Origin: an uncultured archaeon
GTDB taxonomy: Archaea; Altiarchaeota; Altiarchaeia; JAFGQM01
Direction of reading: 5' to 3'
Assembly: GCA_964391885.1 (NCBI GenBank)
Contig: CAYMNU010000010.1
Span: 176-64,175 of the forward strand
Length of the DNA: 64,000 nt
Shown: positions 27,169 through 36,757 of the stretch, in pieces
Numbering within the stretch: position 1 is the stretch's first letter
Layout of the letters: every line of letters begins with the position of its first letter
The notes under the pieces: generated by a model
Databases searched by the model: none
What the model saw: only the letters and a program-made list of their open reading frames with translations
Told to the model about the DNA's origin: nothing
Program-made: the position numbers and the translations under genes

Positions 27169-28212
27169 TCATTCGTCTGTATAATGCTTCATAGTGTTTC
27201 CACCGCCCTCGGTTTGTGCCTGCTCCCTGAAGATATAGCCCCCCTTATCAAGTCTTTGGAGCACCCTCCTGAGTGTGGAATCGGGAATGTCCAGACCCTC
27301 TTCTGTAAGTCTCTTGACAAGACTTCCTGTCTCTATGCCCTGGTTGGCGCGTATGGTGTCAAATACTCTTTTATCCCGAGAATCAAGCTCCCCTATGCGC
27401 ATATCGACAAAACCGGACTTACACTTCATGACGTGCTCCACGGTGATTTTCTTTGATGCATTTCGCTCGGCTTCCCTACCGGCTTCGCGCAGGAGCGCAA
27501 GGCCAATCCTGACATCGTTCTTCTCTGCGCACTTTTCGTTAACTAATTCAGCGGCCTCGTCAGTCCATGCTCCAGGGATGAATGCCACTTCCCTGCGCTC
27601 TTTTAATATGCCATCGATCTCATGCCTTTTGTAGGGCGCGAACATCAGCTCTTCTACGACGAGGCGGGATTTTATCCTGGAATCCATGCCAGCAAGGAAA
27701 TCCTTTTCATTGGTTATCATAACTAGGGTAAATCGTTTGAGGTTCTCGGCAAGCTGATAGAGGAAGTCATAATCCTTTGCTTGGTCCACCTCGTCAAGCG
27801 CTATTACAATTCCCTTAAATCGCGAAAGGGCCTTGAATATCTGTTCCCACAGGTCCTCGTTGCTTTTGAACTGGGCTCCGACTACTCCCATCTGCCTTGC
27901 CATATCGAGCAGTACGGCATTGGTAGTCTGCTTTTTCCAACAGTTGATGAACAAGGGTTTTATCTCGCTCGTGGCCGCCTCGAGCTCCTTGAATACAAAA
28001 CGAGTGCATGATGTCTTACCTATCCCTGGCGCCCCGCTGATGAGAAGGTTTTTGCCAGCCCGTCCCTGAGAGAGCGGCTTGATGCATTCTGCGATATACG
28101 CTTGTTGGTTCTCTCTATATGGTAGAATATCGGGTAGATAATCAATGGAAAGGACATCTTCGTCCCTAAACAGGGATTCGCCGTCGCTTAGCATGTTTTC
28201 AAAAAGAGACAT
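27169..28212 (-). CDS. cdc6: Orc1/Cdc6 replication initiator
   Basis: ISGAPGIGKTSC Walker A, VIALDEVD Walker B and a C-terminal winged helix (DSTLRRVLQRLDKGGYI). Confidence 0.9.
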   Translation of the reverse strand: MSLFENMLSDGESLFRDEDVLSIDYLPDILPYRENQQAYIAECIKPLSQGRAGKNLLISGAPGIGKTSCTRFVFKELEAATSEIKPLFINCWKKQTTNAVLLDMARQMGVVGAQFKSNEDLWEQIFKALSRFKGIVIALDEVDQAKDYDFLYQLAENLKRFTLVMITNEKDFLAGMDSRIKSRLVVEELMFAPYKRHEIDGILKERREVAFIPGAWTDEAAELVNEKCAEKNDVRIGLALLREAGREAERNASKKITVEHVMKCKSGFVDMRIGELDSRDKRVFDTIRANQGIETGSLVKRLTEEGLDIPDSTLRRVLQRLDKGGYIFREQAQTEGGGNTMKHYTDE

Positions 28213-28257
28213 ATGGATATTTGCCGCAGGAGGTTTAAAACCATTTAGTGCTTAGGC

Positions 28258-31200
28258 TCATGCAAACTGCGCAAGCGAGAACTGCTTTGACTTATCGTTT
28301 TCAAATACAGACTCTATCTCCTTTTTGACAAGCTCCATCCGCTGCCTTATATAATCGGACCTCACATAATTCTTAACTACGTCGTCAGTCAGCTCAAGGT
28401 ACTTTGTGATTGTGCCTCTTGAGACTGTGAGTATGACACGCCCCCCGCATTTGTGGCATTTACCTAAAAGCGGTGGCCTGCGGTACTTGTAGTTGCATTT
28501 CACGCAACGGAACTTCTGGCGGGCGAATGCCCTGAGGTTTCCATAGGTATCGCGGATAAGATGGGAATCGACGAGCCTCTTTGCAACATCCCATTCATCC
28601 ACTGCCCTTATCCGCTTGCATAGTTTTAGCTCCATGTCAGTCTTTTCAGACATTTCCCCGAGCTGCACATAGCGAGACTCTTTAGGCACACCAGCCCAGC
28701 TGGAAAACTTTGTAAGGCCTATGTGATAAGGATCCCCCTCTAAGTGGTTTTCTATAGTATCCACAATCCCGGAGAGCTCTTTTGCAGTAGGGAGCTTTTG
28801 TGTCGCCTCATAGAATTCAAGAGAATATGAAAAACCAGTTTCCATGCAATGCGCTTCGCTGTCCACCTCCTTTGGATCCAGATTTGTGTTTATGACCAGC
28901 GGCGCATCCATCTTTCCCCCACGTGAGCTTGGTAAGTATGAATAAGAGAAATTCAATAAAACATCCATTAGCACCATTATTGCATCTTCATCACCATCGC
29001 AATTTCGCCTTTTTGCAGAATGCCAAAAGGGGTGAGCCAAAATACCTTTTACATCTGCATGGCCTATTACCCGCCCCAGGATGGCTGCCGAAGTGTGCGG
29101 TGCAAGCCCCACTATAAGCAGGCCGTTGAGTTCCTCTAAACTCCCTATCTTATAAAATCTTTCAAGGCCATATACCCGTTCCAAAAGGTCGTCGACAAAG
29201 CCGCAGACATTTTTGATATACGGCCTGGAGTCTGTTGGGATTATTATGTCCTGCACCATGAGCTCCACTATTTGGGAGCTGTTTTCCAGGGATTTTCCGT
29301 GTATGTCTTTTTCATACCCCAGTTTCCTGAGCTTCTCTATCGATGTGCCAATCTCCTTGGGCTTGAAATGGGTTGTCGCGATGTCGGTGCCGTCGTATCT
29401 TATTGTGCCGTCTTTAAAGACAAATACACCATTATTGGCCCTGAGTATACCTTTTTCAAGGGGCTCGGTGAGCTTAGCTGCCGACGTCATCCCCTTGACC
29501 CCTTTTAATATGCTTGAATTGAGCCGCACCGATGATGTCGCACGCTCATAAAGCGATTTTATAGGCAATTCTCCTAGTTCATATGCAGTCCCGTCTCTTT
29601 TGCATTTTTTGCAGAACTTTTCAGAACCCATATAACCGCAATTGCATTTATACTCCAGCCTTGCTTCGCTGCCGCAAGACGGGCATTTGTTCATGAATGT
29701 GAGCTTCTTGCATTTGCTGCAGCGCATCCTTGCAATTTCGACGCGTATAAAGGGATTTCTTGCTGCGCTTGTTATATTTCTAGTGTTGCCCCCCGCGTCG
29801 CCTACGGGAAAAAGGGCATGGACTGCAGGTTCCATCTTCCGTTCCTTGGCTTTTTCAGGCCTTCCCATCCTGGCTCCGATATAGCAGCCCACCTTTCTTC
29901 GTAAGGGTATAGGCGAAATCTTGGATATTGCATTAAATGCATTGTCATCCGCTTCGAAATCAGATAATCGGCTCAGGGTACTCTTGCAGTTTATTGACTC
30001 GGTATCTAAAAGGCCTAGCGATTCCAAAAGCGGTATTGCATAATCCTCGAATGCAACCAGGTCCTTGTCAACGCTGTGCGGCACCAAAAGGAGCTCTAAG
30101 ACTCGCTTGGCTTCGGGATTGTCTTTTTTCAGTAAAATCTTGTTGGACGCATAATCAAAATCAATCACAGACTTGGAAATCCATTCTACAAGTTTCCTGA
30201 TGTCTGAGACCAGAAGGTCGTGCCAGGGGAGCGTGTAAGTAGGGTGTACTGGGATGCCCAGCTCTTTTGATATCTGGACGGCCTTGGCTCCGTCGATGGG
30301 CACTTCTTGGCTGCCTGCGCGTATTTTAGGAATCTTGAACTCGGTGCCACCTGCTTTTTTATATTCAAGTTCCCACCATTCTTCGACATAGCCTGAAGGG
30401 GGCAGTGTCTCGTTATAGTTCAAGAAATCGCCATAAGGTATTAACATATCACCCAAGTATAATATTTCATCAATATCGCTTAAGACTGACTTGGCCTCAC
30501 CCACTGTCTTTATTATCCTGACATTCCCTGTAAAATCTTTGATTACCGGACCATCCATCTCAGAGCATGGGGTTGCGATAGTGCCCTTGCCGGGGCGCTC
30601 TACGCGCATCTGAGTACCCATGACAGGAAACTCGTCAAGGATCTCCATTGTTGCAGGATGTATCGCTTTGGAAGCGATTCCGCAGGTATTGCTTCTTCCG
30701 TATCGCAGCCTCCAGCCGCCGGGGCGCGACGGGTATGCGAATATGGGCCGACCCGCTACAATGTCATCAAGAAATTTCTTGTTTGGGCGTATTGACCTGA
30801 GCTCTGGCTGGCCACCCTGCCGTGTAGAGTCAGACGCGCCTTTCTTTAAGTCTTTTAGCCATTCCCAGCCGTCAAGCCCTATCCCGTCCGCAAACTTCAT
30901 GACCTTTTTAGCCTTTTGCGCTATGCCCTCACCGATAACCAGACATATGCCGCCGCGTATGCGGTCTGTGCGCACCCTATCCAGGCCTTTGTGCAAGTCA
31001 ACTTCCAGCTTTTCAGTAGGGTCGCCATCTATGCAGACGGGCACATTCCTCACTATAAGCTCTATCTCCTCGTCAGAAGGCAGATATTGGAGCCTGACTA
31101 TTCTTTTATGGTATATGTGTATCTCTTCTTTGTAACGCTCGACTTCAGAGTCTGTGGGGCGGTAATCTGACACGCCCATCTTGCGCCGTATGTAGTCGCC

Positions 31201-31668
31201 TAATAGGACGCTTAGGGCTGCGGCAGTGCCCCCAGCGCCCCGTATAGGTCCTGCATAGTAAATGCCCAGATAATCCGAGCCGTCGGGATTCTTCTCTATC
31301 TTGACCTTGGAGATACCCTCAAGAGGTGCCGAGACCACGCCCTCTGTCAATATGGCCATGGCAGTCCTGAGAGCCTGTTCTATCTTCTGCTCTTTTGTGA
31401 GGCCCTTGAGGTAATTGCCCTTAAGTATCCAGTCTATGACGCGCTCGACTATTTTCTCTCTTGGGATTTTCTCTTCCTGTGCTTTTTTTATCTCGTCGGC
31501 AATGTACTTTGGCCCGACAAGGCCTTCCACCCGCTCAGCCATGTTGCGGGTTGGCTGCGCCTCAACCTCGTGCGAAGGGTCGATGCCCTTCTTTCTCGCG
31601 GCGCCGGCTATGTCATATTGCTTCTCGACCTGCGCGTCAAGCACCCTGAAGTATTCCTTGGTGTCCAC
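28258..31668 (-). CDS. polC: DNA polymerase II (PolD) large subunit DP2
   Basis: 1136 aa. N-terminus DTKEYFRVLDAQVEKQYDIAGAARKKGIDP. Zn modules CSKCKKLTFMNKCPSCG and CVKCNYKYRRPPLLGKCHKCGG. GTG start. Confidence 0.9.
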   Translation of the reverse strand: MDTKEYFRVLDAQVEKQYDIAGAARKKGIDPSHEVEAQPTRNMAERVEGLVGPKYIADEIKKAQEEKIPREKIVERVIDWILKGNYLKGLTKEQKIEQALRTAMAILTEGVVSAPLEGISKVKIEKNPDGSDYLGIYYAGPIRGAGGTAAALSVLLGDYIRRKMGVSDYRPTDSEVERYKEEIHIYHKRIVRLQYLPSDEEIELIVRNVPVCIDGDPTEKLEVDLHKGLDRVRTDRIRGGICLVIGEGIAQKAKKVMKFADGIGLDGWEWLKDLKKGASDSTRQGGQPELRSIRPNKKFLDDIVAGRPIFAYPSRPGGWRLRYGRSNTCGIASKAIHPATMEILDEFPVMGTQMRVERPGKGTIATPCSEMDGPVIKDFTGNVRIIKTVGEAKSVLSDIDEILYLGDMLIPYGDFLNYNETLPPSGYVEEWWELEYKKAGGTEFKIPKIRAGSQEVPIDGAKAVQISKELGIPVHPTYTLPWHDLLVSDIRKLVEWISKSVIDFDYASNKILLKKDNPEAKRVLELLLVPHSVDKDLVAFEDYAIPLLESLGLLDTESINCKSTLSRLSDFEADDNAFNAISKISPIPLRRKVGCYIGARMGRPEKAKERKMEPAVHALFPVGDAGGNTRNITSAARNPFIRVEIARMRCSKCKKLTFMNKCPSCGSEARLEYKCNCGYMGSEKFCKKCKRDGTAYELGELPIKSLYERATSSVRLNSSILKGVKGMTSAAKLTEPLEKGILRANNGVFVFKDGTIRYDGTDIATTHFKPKEIGTSIEKLRKLGYEKDIHGKSLENSSQIVELMVQDIIIPTDSRPYIKNVCGFVDDLLERVYGLERFYKIGSLEELNGLLIVGLAPHTSAAILGRVIGHADVKGILAHPFWHSAKRRNCDGDEDAIMVLMDVLLNFSYSYLPSSRGGKMDAPLVINTNLDPKEVDSEAHCMETGFSYSLEFYEATQKLPTAKELSGIVDTIENHLEGDPYHIGLTKFSSWAGVPKESRYVQLGEMSEKTDMELKLCKRIRAVDEWDVAKRLVDSHLIRDTYGNLRAFARQKFRCVKCNYKYRRPPLLGKCHKCGGRVILTVSRGTITKYLELTDDVVKNYVRSDYIRQRMELVKKEIESVFENDKSKQFSLAQFA

Positions 31669-31863
31669 CCCAGCTAATTGAAAGTGAAGAAATAAGAAAG
31701 GTGATGTTCAGTAGCTACCCTTATCATCATAGGTAAACGAGGCGAGCGATTCTAGGCAGATTGTCTCACCGCTTTGTATATCGCTGCGCTTACTCTACCT
31801 CAGTGACTGGGTTAACGTCTCATCACTGAGATAATTTGAGGTATGAGGGAAAAAAGCGCCCAA

Positions 31864-32100
31864 TTATTTTATCCTCTCGCTTGGCCCGTGCTTCCACCAG
31901 GCCGCAGCCTTGTCCACGCGCTGCAGCTCGGAGGCCGTCCTGGCAAGTGTACGAAGGCGAATCTCATCATTCGTATATGTTTTGGCCCGACTGAAGCGAC
32001 GGAGGGTAATGTTGAAGCTCACCCTTCTCCTAAGTTCTGCAAATCTTCCGCAACCTGAATTTGGCTTTGGAATTGACTTTGAATTGCGTTTCATGCCCAT
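31864..32100 (-). CDS. Hypothetical small basic protein (78 aa), start overlapping the gap stop codon
   Basis: TGATG stop/start overlap at 32098-32102. MGMKRNSKSIPKPNSGCGRFAELRRRVSFNITLRRFSR... No family recognised. Confidence 0.3.
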   Translation of the reverse strand: MGMKRNSKSIPKPNSGCGRFAELRRRVSFNITLRRFSRAKTYTNDEIRLRTLARTASELQRVDKAAAWWKHGPSERIK

Positions 32101-33116
32101 CAAAGACCCTTGTCGCCCATGAACTTGGCCAAGTCTATAAGCCTCGCGGAGTAGCCCATCTCGTTGTCATACCATGCGAAGATTTTCACGAGGTCACTCC
32201 CGCTCACCTTGGTGGATGTCCCGTCGACTATGCCGGAATATCGCGAGCCCGTGTAATCCACAGAGACCAGAGGCTCTTCATCATATTTTAAAAGCCCTTT
32301 CAGCTTCCCGTCTGCGGCGCCTTTGTACAATGCATTGATTTCCTCTACAGTCGCCTGCTTTGATACTTTGGCAACTAGATCCACTATAGAAACATCAGGC
32401 GTAGGTACTCTTATTGCTACCCCGTCAAGTTTGCCCTTTAGAGAGGGTATTACTAAGCCGACGGCCTTGGCGGCGCCTGTGGATGTGGGTATCATGGACA
32501 TAGCTGCAGCCCGTGCCCTGCGGAAATCCTTTTTGTGCGAGCCGTCGAGCAAGCGCTGGTCGCCGGTATATGCATGGATAGTCGTACAAAAGCCCTTCTC
32601 GATGGTGAGTGCATCATCCAGCACCTTGGCTACTGGCGCAAGGCAATTAGTAGTGCAGGAAGCATTAGAGACTACATTGTGGCTCTTTGGGTCATATTCG
32701 CCTTCATTGACTCCCAAGACGAAAGTCCCGTCCACCTCTTTCCCGGGTGCGCTGATTATTACCTTCTTTGCGCCCGCATCTAGATGTCCTTGACATTTTG
32801 GGCCCGTCTTGTACTTGCCAGTGCATTCCAGGACTATGTCGACCCCATTATCGCCCCAGGGTATATTTGAAATATCGTCGCTGACTGCAGTGAGCTTGAC
32901 CTTGCGCTTGTCAATAGTCATCAAGCCCTCAACGCCAGTTATTTCTTTGTCTAAAATGCCATGCACTGAATCGTATTTGTACAAATAAGCCATCTGCTCG
33001 GCATCGGAGCTTCGGGTGTTTATCATTACCACTTCCACACCCGGATTGTCTTCTGCCGCGCGCATCGCCAGTCTTCCTGTCCTTCCAAAGCCATTGATTC
33101 CCAGCCGTATAGTCAT
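32100..33116 (-). CDS. gap: Glyceraldehyde-3-phosphate dehydrogenase, type I (bacterial/eukaryotic class)
   Basis: INGFGRTGR, SNASCTTNCLAP catalytic motif and WYDNEMGYS. Confidence 0.9.
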   Translation of the reverse strand: MTIRLGINGFGRTGRLAMRAAEDNPGVEVVMINTRSSDAEQMAYLYKYDSVHGILDKEITGVEGLMTIDKRKVKLTAVSDDISNIPWGDNGVDIVLECTGKYKTGPKCQGHLDAGAKKVIISAPGKEVDGTFVLGVNEGEYDPKSHNVVSNASCTTNCLAPVAKVLDDALTIEKGFCTTIHAYTGDQRLLDGSHKKDFRRARAAAMSMIPTSTGAAKAVGLVIPSLKGKLDGVAIRVPTPDVSIVDLVAKVSKQATVEEINALYKGAADGKLKGLLKYDEEPLVSVDYTGSRYSGIVDGTSTKVSGSDLVKIFAWYDNEMGYSARLIDLAKFMGDKGL

Positions 33117-33294
33117 TTTAGCACCAAAAATTAGAGACCTATAACTATTTTTAGGGCTTATTAGTTAAAAATGTTTTGGTTTTTAGAAAATTTCGTATGA
33201 CATTGCAATTATATATCATAAAAATGAATACCATCCTTCGGTCCATGCCAGATTATTTATTAACCCTCTGTTCCAAAATAAACATAACACTAAA

Positions 33295-34092
33295 ATGATT
33301 TCAGGAAAAGAGATCCGCATGGAAAGGATCATGGACCGCAGGGATGGAAGGGCTATAATAGTCCCAATGGACCACGGCGTTACGGTGGGGCCTATAGCGG
33401 GCCTTGAAGACATGGCAAAGACCGTGGACTCTGTGGTAAACGGCGGAGCAAATGCAGTGCTTATGCACAAGGGTATTGTAGGCTGCGGCCATCGTGGATA
33501 CGGAAAGGATGCAGGGCTCATAATTCACCTCAGCACCGGAACGACGTCGCTCGGTGCCGACCCGAATATAAAAAAGCTTGTGACTACTGTTGAGCAAGCG
33601 GTCAAGATGGGCGCAGATGCCGTTAGCGTCCATGTCAATGTAGGGGCAAACGGAGAAGCGGATATGTTACAGGACTTGGGTATGGTGGCAGAGGTTGCAG
33701 ACGAGTGGGGCATGCCCCTTCTCGCGATGATGTACCCACGAGGCCATGATATAAAGAACCCTTACGATGTTGAAGTTATCAAGATTGCCGCGAGGGCGGG
33801 CGTTGAGCTGGGGGCTGACATCATAAAAACCAGCTACACCGGCGACATAGACAGTTTCAAGCAGGTCGTCAGGGGCTGCGGAAACGTGCCCGTAGTCATC
33901 GCAGGGGGCGAGAAGATGAAGAAGCTGAGCGATGTCTTGCAGATGGTAAAGGATTCTATTGAAGCGGGCGGAGCCGGAGTTGCAATGGGAAGGAACATAT
34001 TCCAGGCTGATGACCCTGCGAAGATGGTTGCCGCACTCGAAGCGGTGGTCCACGGCAACAAGAGCGTAGACGAGGCACTAAAACTGCTTTAG
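33295..34092 (+). CDS. aroA': 2-amino-3,7-dideoxy-D-threo-hept-6-ulosonate synthase (ADH synthase; class I aldolase family)
   Basis: Close by-eye match to remembered MJ0400: [53 protein letters not shown]. Linked to aroB'. Confidence 0.8.
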   Translation: MISGKEIRMERIMDRRDGRAIIVPMDHGVTVGPIAGLEDMAKTVDSVVNGGANAVLMHKGIVGCGHRGYGKDAGLIIHLSTGTTSLGADPNIKKLVTTVEQAVKMGADAVSVHVNVGANGEADMLQDLGMVAEVADEWGMPLLAMMYPRGHDIKNPYDVEVIKIAARAGVELGADIIKTSYTGDIDSFKQVVRGCGNVPVVIAGGEKMKKLSDVLQMVKDSIEAGGAGVAMGRNIFQADDPAKMVAALEAVVHGNKSVDEALKLL

Positions 34093-34109
34093 CAGCGCTT
34101 TTATCGCCA

Positions 34110-34505
34110 ATGCAAATGGTTCGTTTAAGCAAGAGGAAGCTCTGCTCAGTACACAACGATAAGCCTGATATGTGCAGCCTAGTGCCGACTCAGGAGGTCC
34201 ATCCCAAGATTGAAAGGAAAGACTGCATCTACTGCGGAAACTGCTGCCAGCTTAGCGCCAGGTTCTTTGGGGATAAGAGCGACCGAGACAGGGTCATCGG
34301 AGAGATAAGGAATCGTTCTGAGATTCTTGAAACGCATGGGCTAAATATTGAAAAGGTCGTGGGGCATATAATAGAATACGACAGGATACCTCAACGGGGG
34401 GAAGTGGGGTTAATGGAAGAGGACTGGGTATTCAAGAGGGCCCATTGCTGCCTTTTGGTCACAGACGATTTGCTCGAAGGGAACCCGGATTATGAATACG
34501 ATTGA
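34110..34505 (+). CDS. Hypothetical Cys-containing protein
   Basis: 131 aa. CIYCGNCC half-ferredoxin-like motif. Overlaps the yjbQ start by 14 nt. Confidence 0.4.
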   Translation: MQMVRLSKRKLCSVHNDKPDMCSLVPTQEVHPKIERKDCIYCGNCCQLSARFFGDKSDRDRVIGEIRNRSEILETHGLNIEKVVGHIIEYDRIPQRGEVGLMEEDWVFKRAHCCLLVTDDLLEGNPDYEYD

Positions 34506-34881
34506 GGTCGAGAGCAGGAAAAGGGAGGAATTTATAGATATCACTTGCAGGCTGCAAAATATCGTTGCTGAATCTAATGTATGCAATGGCTTATGCATAA
34601 TATTTTGCCCCCATACCACCGCGGGCCTGACAATCAATGAGAATGCAGATCCAGATGTCGTTGAAGATATCCTTGCGCAGTTAAATAAACTTATCCCGAG
34701 GAATGCCGGTTTCAAGCATTCAGAAGGCAACAGCGATGCACATATAAAGGCAAGCTTGATGGGACCGTCACTGACTGTCTTGATTGAAGGGGGAAAACTT
34801 ATTTTAGGGGCCTGGCAAGGTACCTACCTCTGCGAGTTTGATGGGCCGAAGAAAAGAAAGGTGCATATAAAGATACTATGA
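34492..34881 (+). CDS. YjbQ/UPF0047 family protein (secondary thiamine-phosphate synthase-like)
   Basis: HTTAGLTINENADPDV and GNSDAHIKASLMGPS...LGAWQG. Confidence 0.8.
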   Translation: MNTIEVESRKREEFIDITCRLQNIVAESNVCNGLCIIFCPHTTAGLTINENADPDVVEDILAQLNKLIPRNAGFKHSEGNSDAHIKASLMGPSLTVLIEGGKLILGAWQGTYLCEFDGPKKRKVHIKIL

Positions 34882-34986
34882 TTTTTACTGTTTATAGTCT
34901 ATGTGGACCAAGTAAACAGACGGCGCAGCTCTTTGCGGCGCTGATTTTTATAATCCACGCTTCCAAATAACCACTCATCGCAAGAC

Positions 34987-35012
34987 CACATATCCACTTC
35001 ACATATCCACTT
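34987..35012. repeat. Perfect 13-bp tandem direct repeat CACATATCCACTT x2 inside an 8-bp inverted repeat
   Basis: Copies at 34987-34999 and 35000-35012, flanked by CGCAAGAC (34979-86) and GTCTTGCG (35018-25). Further (A/T)(A/T)CCAC copies at 34953 and 34969. Confidence 0.7.
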
Positions 35013-35029
35013 TGGGCGTCTTGCGAGTT

Positions 35030-35050
35030 AAGAAACCTGAAAGGTTTCTT
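35030..35050 (+). promoter_or_regulatory. Perfect 9-bp hairpin 16 nt upstream of the aroB' start codon
   Basis: AAGAAACCT-gaa-AGGTTTCTT read directly. Its function (terminator, attenuator or RBS mask) is unknown. Confidence 0.4.
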
Positions 35051-35066
35051 CAGATTCTACTCGATT

Positions 35067-36071
35067 ATGGCCAAACTACTCTGGGTTTCTGCAGAAGGTG
35101 ATGCAGACTGGGAAGAAAGAAAGGACATGGTTACTGCTGCCTTGGAAGCAGGGGCGGATGCCGTTGTGGCTAACGAAGGCGAGGCCTCAAAGGTAAGGGG
35201 CCTGGGCAAGATTTCTGTTGTCGGAGAAGACATAATGGCCAAGTTCATAACAATCACAAACAAGGAAGAAGAGCTTGAAGCTGCCAAGGAAGCAGGTTCG
35301 GGGACTGTGGTCGTATCAACAACCGACTGGACAATCATCCCTCTTGAGAACATGATAGCGTCAAAGCATAAGAAAAACGGCACCCTCATAGCCCGAGTGT
35401 CAACAGTTTCAGACGCGAAGGTCGCACTTGAGACCTTGGAAACGGGCGTGGATGGGGTACTGTTCGACGGGAAGCCCGGGGATATAAAGAGGGTAAAGGA
35501 GTTAATCGAGAAAATGAGTACGCCAATGGTTGAATTACAGATTGCTAAGGTAACGAAAGTCAAGCCGGTCGGCATGGGCGACCGCGTCTGCGTGGACACC
35601 GCTTCGCTGTTTGAAAAAGGAGAAGGTATGCTTGTCGGGTCCGCCAGTTCAGGATTATTCCTCGTGCATTCGGAAACCATAGAATCACCATATGTGGCTG
35701 CACGGCCTTTCAGGGTAAATGCCGGGCCAGTGCATGCCTACACGCTGCTCCCGAACGGCAAAACTACATACCTAAGCGAGCTGGGCAGCGGCGATGAGGT
35801 TCTGGGCGTGGATTTCAAAGGAAAGACAAGGACTATGGTAGTCGGCAGGATGAAGATAGAGAAGAGGCCGATGCTTCTGGTTGAAGCGGATGTGGGAAGT
35901 AAAAGGATTTCTACGATACTCCAGAATGCTGAAACAATCAGGCTGACTAAAAAGGACGGGAAGGCAATCTCGGTAGCCGAGCTCAAGGCAGGTGATGAAA
36001 TCCTCGTTTATGTAGAAGAGGGCGGGCGCCACTTCGGCATGGCCGTAAAAGAGAGTATAAATGAAAAATGA
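35067..36071 (+). CDS. aroB': 3-dehydroquinate synthase II (archaeal, ADH-dependent)
   Basis: LWVSAEGDADWEERKDMVTAALEAGADAVVA N-terminus is typical of DHQ synthase II; 334 aa. Followed by aroD with an ATGA overlap. Confidence 0.85.
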   Translation: MAKLLWVSAEGDADWEERKDMVTAALEAGADAVVANEGEASKVRGLGKISVVGEDIMAKFITITNKEEELEAAKEAGSGTVVVSTTDWTIIPLENMIASKHKKNGTLIARVSTVSDAKVALETLETGVDGVLFDGKPGDIKRVKELIEKMSTPMVELQIAKVTKVKPVGMGDRVCVDTASLFEKGEGMLVGSASSGLFLVHSETIESPYVAARPFRVNAGPVHAYTLLPNGKTTYLSELGSGDEVLGVDFKGKTRTMVVGRMKIEKRPMLLVEADVGSKRISTILQNAETIRLTKKDGKAISVAELKAGDEILVYVEEGGRHFGMAVKESINEK

Positions 36072-36757
36072 CATTGATATGCGTAACAATCACTGAGGCC
36101 AACGTCGATGAGTCCCTTGAGTCGATGAAAAGGGCGAAAGAAGGCGGCGCGGATTTAGTCGAATTGAGACTGGACTACATCGGTGAACTGGACGATGCGA
36201 AGATAGGCGACCTTGTTGACGGGATAGAGCTTCCGAAGATAGTCACGATTAGGCCAGAAGGCCAGGGCGGCTATTGGAAGGGCGAGGAAAAAGACCGCAT
36301 AAACCACCTTATGACTTGCCTAAGCTTTGGGGCACAATATGTCGACGTAGAGGATTCTATGGATATTGGCTGGAGGTATGAAATGAGGAAGGCATGCAAG
36401 AACAGCGGCGCAGAGATGATAATTTCCCACCATGACTTCAAAAAGACGCCATCCAAACAAGAAATGATAGACATTTGCAAGAACGAATTCGCAGCAGGTG
36501 CCAGTATAGCTAAAATAGCAGTTACTCCAAACAGCATAGAAGAGGTTTCAAGTGTACTGGGCGTTATGGAAACGTTCAAGGTACAGGGTAAAAAAGTGAT
36601 AGGGATCTCCATGGGCAAGCTTGGCGTAATAACTAGGATTGCAGGACCGCAAGTGGGCGCATATCTCACCTATGCCTGTTTAGAGAAAGGAAAAGAATCT
36701 GCAGAAGGGCAACTGACACTTGAGCAGATGAAGGGTATATTCGATATTCTAAAGTGA
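36068..36757 (+). CDS. aroD: 3-dehydroquinate dehydratase, type I
   Basis: ICVTITE, DLVELRLDY, IISHHDF..TP and IGISMGKLGVITRI. Confidence 0.85.
   Translation: MTLICVTITEANVDESLESMKRAKEGGADLVELRLDYIGELDDAKIGDLVDGIELPKIVTIRPEGQGGYWKGEEKDRINHLMTCLSFGAQYVDVEDSMDIGWRYEMRKACKNSGAEMIISHHDFKKTPSKQEMIDICKNEFAAGASIAKIAVTPNSIEEVSSVLGVMETFKVQGKKVIGISMGKLGVITRIAGPQVGAYLTYACLEKGKESAEGQLTLEQMKGIFDILK

Noticed and set aside
31790-31840. Possible C/D-box sRNA on the minus strand (GTGATGA ... CTGA within the CTCAGTGA/TCACTGAG palindrome, with ACCTCA/TGAGGT outer stem)
   Set aside because: There are only 16 nt between the putative C and D boxes and no C'/D' boxes. The C box is 10 nt from the terminal stem. 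The boxes arise simply from a perfect palindrome, so this is most likely coincidence.
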